DNA of 64,000 nt, taken from contig JAFVQT010000036.1 in the NCBI GenBank assembly GCA_017504655.1, positions 33,062 through 97,061 of the forward strand, in the 5' to 3' direction. The stretch comes from Clostridia bacterium (GTDB lineage Bacteria > Bacillota > Clostridia > Christensenellales > Borkfalkiaceae). Positions 1 to 9,016 of this stretch are shown here, one piece after another; position 1 is the stretch's first letter, and every line of letters begins with the position of its first letter. The position numbers and the translations under genes are program-made. Below the pieces are notes generated by a model. It saw only the letters and a list, made by a program, of their open reading frames with translations, made no database searches and was not told where the DNA came from.

Positions 1-842
1 GGCTTTTTGAGGTCACGGGCGACGTCGGTTATATAAACAGCTTTGAGATTTCGGGCTATAACGCCTTATACGGAAGTCTTAATACCGAAATGAACGACCA
101 GCTCAGCATGGAGCATAACAAGATGGTAAAGGGTATGGCATTTGACAGCTACAGCCCCTTATACATGAATACGAGAGGCCGTGGAATAGGTGGCTACAAC
201 GAGTTTTTAAGCGGTGGATATAACGGTTGTTGCGTTGCAATAGGCGCGTGCGGAATTGCGCTTATGCCTCTTACTGCAGTAATGCAAAGCGAGGAAAAGG
301 TATATATCAACATCCTTTTTGACGGTGAAGCAACCGTAAGGGATAAAAGCGGAAATAGGGTAACCTTAAAAATAAAAACCGAATATCCGTCTGACGGCAA
401 GGCAGTAATTACTGTTGACAGCGATTGCGATTTGACTCTTTGTATAAGAGTTCCCGATTGGTGCGAAACGGCAACCGTAAACGGCGATGAGGTAAAAAGA
501 GGATACTTTGTTTTAGATAAAAAGTTCTGTGCGGGAGAATGCGTAGATGTCGATTTTAAAATGCAGCTTAAGGCGTGTGTTTTAAACGGCAAGATTGCCT
601 TTACCTACGGTCCTTTAGTCTTGGCAAGCGATGAGATAAAGACTTGTGTAAGCATACAAACTCCGTTGGAATTTAACGGTAAGCCCGAGGCTGTAAAATG
701 CGATGCGGAGGGCATAGAGATGGTAAGGTTTATCTTAAAAAACAGTATGGGCGAGGAGATTGTTTTAACAGACTATCAATCGTGCGGTAAACTTTGGCTT
801 TCCGATAAGCCTCTTATGACCGTTTGGTTTAATTTAAAGTAA
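1..842 (+). CDS. C-terminal part of a glycoside hydrolase, GH127-like (beta-L-arabinofuranosidase / DUF1680 type). The 5' end lies outside the window.
   Basis: The reading frame is open from position 3 through the first ATG at 90 with no upstream stop, so the gene is truncated at the window edge. It has an adjacent Cys-Cys pair (GYNGCCVAIGACG) as in the GH127 zinc/catalytic site, followed by about 200 aa of beta-sandwich-like C-terminus. The family call is from memory of the fold. Confidence 0.45.
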   Translation, partial: LFEVTGDVGYINSFEISGYNALYGSLNTEMNDQLSMEHNKMVKGMAFDSYSPLYMNTRGRGIGGYNEFLSGGYNGCCVAIGACGIALMPLTAVMQSEEKVYINILFDGEATVRDKSGNRVTLKIKTEYPSDGKAVITVDSDCDLTLCIRVPDWCETATVNGDEVKRGYFVLDKKFCAGECVDVDFKMQLKACVLNGKIAFTYGPLVLASDEIKTCVSIQTPLEFNGKPEAVKCDAEGIEMVRFILKNSMGEEIVLTDYQSCGKLWLSDKPLMTVWFNLK

Positions 843-1157
843 AGTAAAACGGTTTATTTTTGAGAAATAAAATCCAGAAGATTGCAAATAATCAACCTAT
901 AGAGTGGTTTTTTGTTTAAGTTATCCGCTTTGTAGGTTTAATATACCAACGTGTGGAAAATTTACCGATTTTAAACAAAACGCCGAAATGTAAAATTGCA
1001 ATATGGATTTGCAAAATAAGTAAAAATTTCCAACTTGAAGTTTTTTAACGCTTGTGATACAATAATACGTGTGTGTAAAATCGCATTCGCCGTTATTTAT
1101 ATAGTCACCGTTAAAGATCGTCGTTTTTTAAAATTAAAATGATATAAGGAGGTCGTT

Positions 1158-2000
1158 ATGTTACATTATAGAGCAGAAGAAGAGTTTAATAACAACGAGA
1201 TGGTTGCATTAAAAAAGATTTGCGACTATAGGGACGAGGAAATTCATAATCACGATTTCGTTGAGATTGTCTACGTGATGGAGGGGTCTGGCAGGCACCT
1301 TATCAACGGCGAGGAGTTTTCGGTGAAAGCGGGCGACCTGCTTTTTATAAATTACGGTTGCACACACGCGTTTTACGTTGATGATAAGCTTGTTGCTTAC
1401 AATCTTATGGTAAGGGTTGATTACTTCACGAAAAATATGATAAAGGACAACAATCTCTTTTATATGCTTGCGCTCACCTCGTTTGAGAAGATTCAACACG
1501 AGCTCAACGATAAAAGTCCGTTGGTGTTTTTTGATTATCACGAGAGGGACGATATAGTCAATCTGTTCAAAAACGTTGAGTATGAGCTTGAGCACGAGGA
1601 GCTTGGCAAGTCAATTATTTTAGACTCCTACATCAATTTGATTTTGTGCAAGGTTTTCCGTAAAATCTTTGTAAAAAACAGCACGAAGGATTTTTTAATT
1701 CCTCAGGATATTCTCGATTATATCAATGAGCATTTCAATGAGAAGATTACGCTTGGCGATTTGTCGCAAAGGTGCTTTTATAACCCTGCGTATTTCAGCC
1801 GTCTGTTTAAAAAGACCTTTAACATGAGTTTTACCGATTACATTATGGACATAAGGCTCAAGCACTGCTGTGAGCTGCTGAAAAACAGCGACTATACAAT
1901 AGACAAGATAATTGAGGAATGCGGTTTTTCAGACAGAAATACCTTTTACGAAAGATTCAGAAATAAGTACGGCTGTACGCCCAGCGAATACCGTAACTGA
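1158..2000 (+). CDS. AraC-family transcriptional regulator: cupin-type sensor domain plus a C-terminal AraC HTH.
   Basis: The C-terminus LGDLSQRCFYNPAYFSRLFKK...DIRLKHCCELL...IIEECGFSDRNTFYERFRNKYGCTPSEYR is a classic AraC/XylS double helix-turn-helix. An RBS (AAGGAGG) lies 7 nt upstream of the ATG. Confidence 0.9.
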   Translation: MLHYRAEEEFNNNEMVALKKICDYRDEEIHNHDFVEIVYVMEGSGRHLINGEEFSVKAGDLLFINYGCTHAFYVDDKLVAYNLMVRVDYFTKNMIKDNNLFYMLALTSFEKIQHELNDKSPLVFFDYHERDDIVNLFKNVEYELEHEELGKSIILDSYINLILCKVFRKIFVKNSTKDFLIPQDILDYINEHFNEKITLGDLSQRCFYNPAYFSRLFKKTFNMSFTDYIMDIRLKHCCELLKNSDYTIDKIIEECGFSDRNTFYERFRNKYGCTPSEYRN

Positions 2001-2035
2001 CAACTGTAAATTATTACATACGATATAGCGATTAA

Positions 2036-2068
2036 AGCCGAGAGCAGGTAAGCATGCTCTCGGCTTTT
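2036..2068 (+). terminator. Rho-independent terminator after the AraC gene.
   Basis: Stem agccg-gagca / tgctc-(t)-cggct with a central gcatgc, followed by TTTTT. Confidence 0.6.
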
Positions 2069-2099
2069 TGAGTGCGTAAAAGTCTGCGTAAGTTTAAGG

Positions 2100-2117
2100 G
2101 TTACCCTTTAGGGTAAC
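2100..2117. promoter_or_regulatory. Perfect 8-bp-arm palindrome gttaccct-tt-agggtaac, a candidate operator upstream of the transporter operon.
   Basis: I read the palindrome directly from the sequence. It lies about 150 bp upstream of the solute-binding-protein gene in an AT-rich leader. Confidence 0.3.
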
Positions 2118-2259
2118 AAGAATTAACAGTTTAATAATTTTATATATTAGTTTTGTAAAAATTCCAACTGTTTTTAAGGGTGAAAGTAAAAATTTCTTAT
2201 TGTAAAAATGTATTTATTATGGTATAATAAACAGGTAAAATGCATATTGGAGGTTTTTT

Positions 2260-3984
2260 ATGAGCAACTTATTCAAAAAGCTTATATCATTCACACTTTT
2301 GTTAGCCGTTGCTTTTTCGACTGTTTCTTGCCAGAGCAAGAAGAAAAAGCAAGAAAAAGAGGAATCTGCAGCTGTTGCGGGTAAAGCGGTATTAAATATT
2401 TACAGCTTCTCCAGCGGTTACGGCTCCGAATGGCTTACCGAGGCTATCAAGGAATATGAAGAATTAAATAAAGACGTAGTTATCGGCGATAAAAAAGGTA
2501 TCGTTATTAAGCCAACTACGGATACTAACGGTGTAGCAGGCGCTACTATGGCAGGACGTAATGAGGTAATCTACTTCTTGGAGCAACAGGATTATTACGA
2601 GCTTGTTGCAAATAATTACGTTGCGGATATTACTCCTGCAATTACCGGTTCTAATAAGTACGACAACAATTCAAAAACTCTTGAAAGCAAGATGTATGAT
2701 GACCAGATCTCTTACCTTAAGAGAACAAATTCAAGCGGTAAAGTCAGCTACTATGCATATCCTCACTATTTCACGAGCTTCGGTATAGTTTACGACGTTG
2801 ATTTGTTTGACAGCAAGGGCTATTATTTTGCAGACGGATACGATGCAAACGGTGCTCTTGCAGATATGTTCTTAGGCTCTGCGGGCGTCAGTGCGGGTTG
2901 GGCTAAGACTGCGGGTCCGGACGGGACTCCTGAAACGGGCGACGACGGTCTTCCTACTACCTACGAGGAGTTTTTATTGCTTTGCAGATTTATAAGCGAA
3001 GTCGGTAATGACAACCCGTTGATTTGGTCAGGACAGCACAGAGATGCATACCTTACTCACTTTATCAACGCTCTTGCAACCGATTATGAGGGAAAAGATC
3101 AAATGCGTCTTAACTTTACGTTTGACGGATATGCAACAAACCTCGGTACGGTGCAGGGCGGTCAATTCGTAGAGGATGCTAACGATACTTTCATCGACGG
3201 CACTAACGGACAGGAGCTTGCCCGTCAGGCAGGCAAGTATTATGCAATGGATTTTTACAGCGATTTATATAATTCTCCCGCTGTAAATAACGCAGATACT
3301 CAACGCACGCTGTACAGCTCTACCTATTCTCACACGGTTGCGCAAGAGGATTTCCTTATTCCCACAACCAGAAGAAACGCTATGCTTTTAGACGGTAGCT
3401 GGTGGGAAACCGAAGCGACCGCTGCGTTTGATAAGGTTGTAAAGGCAAACGGCTCGCAATATTCAAAGCAAAACAGAAGATTGGGCTGGATGCCTCTTCC
3501 AAAGCATTCAAGCAAGGTTGGCACAAAGCAGACTGTATACGAGCTTATGTATCCCTTATGCGTTGTTAAAAACGGCTTAGACGTAAACGGTTGGGAATAC
3601 AAGTACGCTCTTGATTTCATTCAGTTTATCAACAGTGACGAGCAAATCGCAAAGTTTAACCAACGTACCGGCTGTACTAAATCATTAAAATACGATTTAA
3701 CCGATGCTCAGTATAAATCTTTGACGTATTTCGGTAAGTCTTATTACGACGCTTACAAGGCATCCGATATAGTATTCCCATACGACAACAATCTTCTCTT
3801 TGCGAATAACCAAAAGGTATTCCAGGAAATCGACTATAACGGACAGGGAAGTCCTTTATATAAGTCTACCGATTACCCAACCTGCTTTGTAAGAGGTATA
3901 GAAAACGGTAAGACTGCAAGCAGTTATTTCAGCGGAATGTACACTTATTTCAGTGCTCTTTCAATCTGGAGATCTTCAAAATAA
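2260..3984 (+). CDS. Extracellular solute-binding lipoprotein of a carbohydrate ABC transporter (large LplA-like family-1 SBP).
   Basis: It has a lipoprotein signal peptide (MSNLFKKLISFTLLLAVAFSTVSC) with a lipobox Cys, is 574 aa long, and sits immediately upstream of two sugar-ABC permease genes. A GGAGG RBS is present. Confidence 0.85.
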   Translation: MSNLFKKLISFTLLLAVAFSTVSCQSKKKKQEKEESAAVAGKAVLNIYSFSSGYGSEWLTEAIKEYEELNKDVVIGDKKGIVIKPTTDTNGVAGATMAGRNEVIYFLEQQDYYELVANNYVADITPAITGSNKYDNNSKTLESKMYDDQISYLKRTNSSGKVSYYAYPHYFTSFGIVYDVDLFDSKGYYFADGYDANGALADMFLGSAGVSAGWAKTAGPDGTPETGDDGLPTTYEEFLLLCRFISEVGNDNPLIWSGQHRDAYLTHFINALATDYEGKDQMRLNFTFDGYATNLGTVQGGQFVEDANDTFIDGTNGQELARQAGKYYAMDFYSDLYNSPAVNNADTQRTLYSSTYSHTVAQEDFLIPTTRRNAMLLDGSWWETEATAAFDKVVKANGSQYSKQNRRLGWMPLPKHSSKVGTKQTVYELMYPLCVVKNGLDVNGWEYKYALDFIQFINSDEQIAKFNQRTGCTKSLKYDLTDAQYKSLTYFGKSYYDAYKASDIVFPYDNNLLFANNQKVFQEIDYNGQGSPLYKSTDYPTCFVRGIENGKTASSYFSGMYTYFSALSIWRSSK

Positions 3985-4025
3985 TTACGTTAAAAATTCT
4001 ACGACGAATTTAGATAAGGAAAATT

Positions 4026-4982
4026 ATGGTTGAAACTGTAAATACGGTAAACGAGCCAAAAAAGAAGAGGAGCTTAGAGCGTGGAAGCAATATCTTTTAC
4101 GCTCTCCTCATGATTTTTCCCGTAGCTCAGTTTATTCTTTTCTACTTGGTGGTAAACTTCAAGTCTTTCGGCTATGCGTTTATGGAAGGAACAATATTAA
4201 ACGAAAGTCGTATAGAATGGAGCTTTACTCTTAAAAACATTTCCGAATGGTTTACAAATGCTTATTTGAGGACAAGGCTTTTAGACACAGCAAAGATGTC
4301 GCTTGTTTTTTACGGAATAATGCTTTTGGTAAGCATACCCTTGGGGCTTTTGTTCGCTTATTATATATTCAAAAAATTGCCGTTATCAGGCTTTTTCAGA
4401 ATATTTTTATTTGTTCCGTCAATAATTCCCGCCGCCGCTTTCGTTATGGCGTATAAGTACATCCTCAACGATGCATTTCCGGTTATAACCGAGCAGTTAG
4501 GCGCAAAAATGCCTGTTTTCAAGGGTGCAAACTGGAGCTTTGACGCTCATCCGTTCGGCTACATTTTGTTCTACAATTTATATATAAGCTTCGGTACGTC
4601 CGTATTGATGTATGCAAACAAGATGTTTGATATTTCTCCCGAGATAGTAGAGGCGGGTAAGCTGGACGGCGCTGTAGGTATAAAAGAGTTTTGGCACATA
4701 ATACTTCCTCTCACCTTCCCAACTCTCTCAGTTTTCCTCGTAACGGGTATTGCGACATTGTTTACAAACCACTATAACCTCTTTATGTTCTACGTGGGTC
4801 CCGAATTTGATACTTTGGGATATTACCTGTACAAAGAGGTTGGAACGACTGCGCCTCCGTACGGTTCTGAGGTTGATACGCCACCGATAGCAGCATTGGG
4901 TCTTATTTTAACTGCAATTGCAATCCCATTGACCTTCGGCTTAAAGGCTGTGCTCGATAAGTTCGGGCCGTCTGAGGATTAA
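4026..4982 (+). CDS. Carbohydrate ABC transporter permease (LplB/MalF-like).
   Basis: It has multiple TM segments and the EAA-loop motif EAGKLDGAVGIKEFWHIILPL. Confidence 0.9.
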   Translation: MVETVNTVNEPKKKRSLERGSNIFYALLMIFPVAQFILFYLVVNFKSFGYAFMEGTILNESRIEWSFTLKNISEWFTNAYLRTRLLDTAKMSLVFYGIMLLVSIPLGLLFAYYIFKKLPLSGFFRIFLFVPSIIPAAAFVMAYKYILNDAFPVITEQLGAKMPVFKGANWSFDAHPFGYILFYNLYISFGTSVLMYANKMFDISPEIVEAGKLDGAVGIKEFWHIILPLTFPTLSVFLVTGIATLFTNHYNLFMFYVGPEFDTLGYYLYKEVGTTAPPYGSEVDTPPIAALGLILTAIAIPLTFGLKAVLDKFGPSED

Positions 4983-4994
4983 GGGGGTGAGCGC

Positions 4995-5903
4995 ATGAAT
5001 AAAAATAAACGTTTAGAAACGAGAAACAGACTTTCGCCACTCACAGTCTTTTTGCTTGCGGTCTTGGCCTTGTACGTAGTAGTTTTGATTGCTATATTTG
5101 CGTGGGTATTTTTGACTGCTTCAAAATCGTATGACCTTGATTATAAGACCTTTGACGGAAGCGGTGACAGTAATATTTTCGGTTTGCCTAAGCAATTCGT
5201 ACTGTTTGAAAACATCATGTACGTATACGACGGCTTTGCAGATTTTTCCTTGCTCGATATGTTTATGAACACCATGCTTTACGCAGTTGGATGTTCTATG
5301 TCAAAGGCTATCGTAACCTGTATAGTTGCATACCTTTGTGCAAGGTACGAAAACTGGTTCTCTAAGATAATATACACAGTCGTAATCGTAACGATGATAG
5401 TTCCCGTAGTCGGTAGTCAGGCAGCGGAATTCCAGCTCGTGCAGCAACTTAACTTCCGTGACAATATGATCGGAATGTGGCTTATGAGAGCTAACTTTTT
5501 GGGAATGTATTTCTTGGTGTTCTACGCAGTATTCAAGGCTATGCCAAAGGGATATTACGAGGCAGCAAGAATCGACGGCGCAAACGACTTTCAGGTAATG
5601 GTAAAGGTTGCTTTGCCTCTTGCAAAGCTCACGTTTTTATCGATATTCTTAATTTTATTTATTGAATATTGGAACGATTATCTCATTCCAAACTATTATC
5701 TTCCAAACTACAAAACCCTTTCATTGGCGTTATATCAACAGTCAAGAAAGCAAGGTCTTGATATGACTTCGGGTGTGGATATAAGTCAGGTTACCTACCT
5801 TATGACGACCGCGCTTTGCGTAACCGTTCCAATCGTACTTATATTTGCATTTTTCAGTAAACGCCTTATGGGCAATATGTCCGTAGGTGGATTAAAGGGC
5901 TGA
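4995..5903 (+). CDS. Carbohydrate ABC transporter permease (LplC/MalG-like).
   Basis: It has TM segments and the EAA motif EAARIDGANDFQVMVKVALPL, and follows the first permease directly. Confidence 0.9.
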   Translation: MNKNKRLETRNRLSPLTVFLLAVLALYVVVLIAIFAWVFLTASKSYDLDYKTFDGSGDSNIFGLPKQFVLFENIMYVYDGFADFSLLDMFMNTMLYAVGCSMSKAIVTCIVAYLCARYENWFSKIIYTVVIVTMIVPVVGSQAAEFQLVQQLNFRDNMIGMWLMRANFLGMYFLVFYAVFKAMPKGYYEAARIDGANDFQVMVKVALPLAKLTFLSIFLILFIEYWNDYLIPNYYLPNYKTLSLALYQQSRKQGLDMTSGVDISQVTYLMTTALCVTVPIVLIFAFFSKRLMGNMSVGGLKG

Positions 5904-5926
5904 TAACAGTCTGTTAGGAGAAATAA

Positions 5927-8900
5927 ATGACAATTTCTAAAGCGAAAAGAAGAATTTCTTTGATTTTTATTCTTTTGATATTGATATGCGTGCCCGCCGT
6001 GATACTTTGCTCGTTTGACAGAGTAGACGCGAGTGTAAGCGTTACAACCTCTGCCGAGATAGCGGAGGAGTACGCATTTGGCGACGTGTTAGCCGTGCCT
6101 GAGTGCACCTTCACCGTAGAAGGGCAAAGCGCAAAGGGCTCTGCGTCGGTTGAGTTTCCGGACGGAAGCCTGTCTGACGAAAAAGAGGTTTCTTTAACGC
6201 AGAACGGCAATTACGCCGTCAAGTATATTGCAACCGTAAACGGCAGGGTATATACCAAGGAATACGCGTTCAAGGTTTTGGGTAAGCTTGCCAACTACAG
6301 CAGTAGCAAAACCTCGATAGAATACGGCTTATGCACAAATTTAGGCGCAAGCACAGAGGGGTTGATGGTTAAAATAGCCAACGGCGATGCGCTTTCGTTT
6401 AATCACGTATTCGATATGAAGAATATGTCTATGACCGATAAGCTTTTAGAGGGCTTTGTTGTTCCCGAGCAGCACGGTACGGTAGACTTTACTAAAATGG
6501 TATTTACGTTTACCGACGTGGAAGACCCGTCTGTTCAGCTTGTTTTCCACGGTAATTACTATGCAGACCCAAATGCCTACGGCTTGACGTGGTTTACTGC
6601 AGCGGGCAACGGACAAATTCACTGCGGATTAGAGCACGTAGGCAAGCTTCACGTAGGTACTATGCAGGGTTGTATGGTTCCTCACAGCTTTATGGCTATG
6701 GATACCGGGCTGTATTGGGGGCATTTACCGGCAACGCCGGTAGCGCCTGATGCAAAAACCTTTTGCATAAGCTACGACGCACAGAGAAATCAGGCGTGGG
6801 CAGGCGGTAAGATTGTTTCCGATTTAGACGACAGTAATTATTACGACAAGCTTTGGTTTGGCTTTCCAAGCGGAAAAGCAAAGCTTACAATAAGCGCGTT
6901 AAACTATAACGGACCTACTGCAAATATGTGCTTTACGAGTATTTTGGGAGTAGACCTGTCGGCTGAAAAATTTGTAGACGGTGAAGCACCCGAAATAACG
7001 GTTGACTGCGATTACGACGTAATGCCAAAAGCAGTTGTAGGCGGAACCTATCCGGTACCATCCGCGACGGCAGTAGACGCTGTTGACGGCACGGTTAACG
7101 TAAGAGCTTCGGTATGGCATAACTACGGTACGGAAGATGCAACTATGGTAGGTATCACGGATGGCAGATTTGCCGTTTCGAGCGTTGGTACTTATGCTAT
7201 AGTTTACGAGGCTGCAGACTTTAACGGCAATACTCAAAGAGAGGTGTTGTGGGTTAAAGCATATTTGAGTCAGTATATAGAAAAATTAGCCGTTTCGTTA
7301 GAGGATTTCAATCAAACGGTAGAGCTTGGCGAATTGCAAACGCTACCAAAAGCAACGGTAACGGGCGGTTGCGGTAACAGTACGGTTGTCTATACGATAA
7401 CTCAAGGCAGTGAAGAGTGCGAGATCTCAAACGGCACTTACAGGCTTGAAAAAGCAGGTGCTTGGGTGCTGACGTGCGTTGCAACCGACTACGTGGGAAA
7501 CGTTGCTGTAGTTGCTAAAAATATAACGGGCGTAACCAGCGGCAGACCTATAATTGCCGAAGAACCGGTGCTTGCAAAGGCGTTCGTTTCGGGTAGCACG
7601 TACGTCGTGCCTACAGTTTACGCATACGATTACACCTCGGGCGAAAGAGTTGAAAAGGTATGTAGCGTCAGCGTAGAGTACGCAGGTAGCTCAAATACTT
7701 ATCAGGCGGGCGAAATGTTCGTTCCTACGGTAACTAACGATAACGATACGGTAAAGCTTTTGTTTAAGGTAGACGGTGTAACGCTTTTAGAAAAGACCGT
7801 TCCGGTGAGAATAGTCTTTAGCAAGGAGAGAATACCCGGTAATACGGAGAGATATAGGGACGTTGTAGACGTTTCGAGATATTTCGTTACCGAAGGCGGT
7901 ATTTCCTTTGAAAAAGGGTACGAGATAAATGCCGTTAAGGGCTTACTTTTAAGCGCAAGCGAAGACAGCCAATGCACTGTAGTCTCGTTTATCAATCCTC
8001 AGGTTGCGAATCTTTTCTCTATTGATTTGTTCACAGTGCCAAACGCGGGTAAGTTCAGCGCTATGAAGCTTAGACTTACCGACAGTGCAAATCCCGAAAT
8101 TCAGGTTGAGGTTCAGCTTGTAAAGGGTGACGGTCAGACGGTTTTAAGGGTAGGCTCAACCGAGATGCTTTTAGATATGGACTTTGACGGAAGCGTGGCA
8201 ACAAACTATAACTTAGGCTATAAAGACGGAAATTTAGTAGTAAATTATTCTACGTTAGTAGAAATTGATAAATGCGTTAACGGCAAGGCGTTTGACGGCT
8301 TTACGTCGGGCAAGATATTGTTCGATATCGAAATGCAGGACGTAAAAGAGGGCGCATCGCTGTTTATCAGCGATATTTGCAAGGTAAAGGTAAACAACAA
8401 TCAAGACACTACCGGACCTGCAATAGTGGTTGACGGTATAAAGCAAACAAGCGGTGTTAAAGATAGCAAATACACGGTAAACAGAGTTTACGTAGGCGAC
8501 GTTTTATGTCCGTATTCATCGGCACTGCTCACTGTGACAAGCCCGTCGGGCGCAATAGTAACCGACGTTAACGGAAAGGCATTAGACGGTGTTGACGCTA
8601 CAGTTGATTACGTTATAAGCCTTACGGAATACGGCACTTATCACGTTTCGGTAAAGGCGACGGAGGAGTCTTCCTGGAAATACTCTAACAACGCATTTGA
8701 GGAGTATGCCGTAAGCGTTGTAGACGGGGAAAAACCGACGATAACGTTTGAATCTGATTTTACTACTCAAATAAAGGTTGGCGAAAATCTCATAATACCT
8801 AATTACACGGTAGCAGATAACTATTCTGCTGTAGAAGAGATAGAGGTAATGATAGTAGTTACCAATCCAAAGGGAATGCCGATATATATTTACGGCGATA

Positions 8901-9007
8901 CAAATGCGGTTACGTGTAAATACGCGGGCGTATATAACGTCAAGATTTTTGTATTAGACCAAACAGGTAATCTGACTACTTACGAAGTAGACGTCACCGT
9001 TTCATAG
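5927..9007 (+). CDS. Large (1026 aa) cell-surface protein with an N-terminal signal/anchor and multiple Ig-like beta-sandwich domains. Function unknown, possibly glycan-active.
   Basis: It has an N-terminal hydrophobic segment (ISLIFILLILICVPAVILC) and a long Thr/Val/Gly-rich beta-rich sequence. I could not recognise a catalytic signature. Confidence 0.55.
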   Translation: MTISKAKRRISLIFILLILICVPAVILCSFDRVDASVSVTTSAEIAEEYAFGDVLAVPECTFTVEGQSAKGSASVEFPDGSLSDEKEVSLTQNGNYAVKYIATVNGRVYTKEYAFKVLGKLANYSSSKTSIEYGLCTNLGASTEGLMVKIANGDALSFNHVFDMKNMSMTDKLLEGFVVPEQHGTVDFTKMVFTFTDVEDPSVQLVFHGNYYADPNAYGLTWFTAAGNGQIHCGLEHVGKLHVGTMQGCMVPHSFMAMDTGLYWGHLPATPVAPDAKTFCISYDAQRNQAWAGGKIVSDLDDSNYYDKLWFGFPSGKAKLTISALNYNGPTANMCFTSILGVDLSAEKFVDGEAPEITVDCDYDVMPKAVVGGTYPVPSATAVDAVDGTVNVRASVWHNYGTEDATMVGITDGRFAVSSVGTYAIVYEAADFNGNTQREVLWVKAYLSQYIEKLAVSLEDFNQTVELGELQTLPKATVTGGCGNSTVVYTITQGSEECEISNGTYRLEKAGAWVLTCVATDYVGNVAVVAKNITGVTSGRPIIAEEPVLAKAFVSGSTYVVPTVYAYDYTSGERVEKVCSVSVEYAGSSNTYQAGEMFVPTVTNDNDTVKLLFKVDGVTLLEKTVPVRIVFSKERIPGNTERYRDVVDVSRYFVTEGGISFEKGYEINAVKGLLLSASEDSQCTVVSFINPQVANLFSIDLFTVPNAGKFSAMKLRLTDSANPEIQVEVQLVKGDGQTVLRVGSTEMLLDMDFDGSVATNYNLGYKDGNLVVNYSTLVEIDKCVNGKAFDGFTSGKILFDIEMQDVKEGASLFISDICKVKVNNNQDTTGPAIVVDGIKQTSGVKDSKYTVNRVYVGDVLCPYSSALLTVTSPSGAIVTDVNGKALDGVDATVDYVISLTEYGTYHVSVKATEESSWKYSNNAFEEYAVSVVDGEKPTITFESDFTTQIKVGENLIIPNYTVADNYSAVEEIEVMIVVTNPKGMPIYIYGDTNAVTCKYAGVYNVKIFVLDQTGNLTTYEVDVTVS

Positions 9008-9016
9008 AGGTAAAGC

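Noticed and set aside
194-592. Minus-strand ORF (132 aa) inside the GH127-like gene. Many similar antisense or nested ORFs appear in the track, for example 1209..1595, 3330..3620, 6899..7237, 12034..12390, 20784..21071, 22116..22475, 33227..33697, 36492..36818, 41258..41644, 46472..46954, 47369..47764, 51599..51943, 53326..53649 and 58755..59201.
   Set aside because: Each is embedded in, or antisense to, a long ORF with clear homology-type signatures. They have low-complexity or odd composition and lack an RBS and any recognisable motif. They are typical shadow ORFs of a moderately AT-rich genome.
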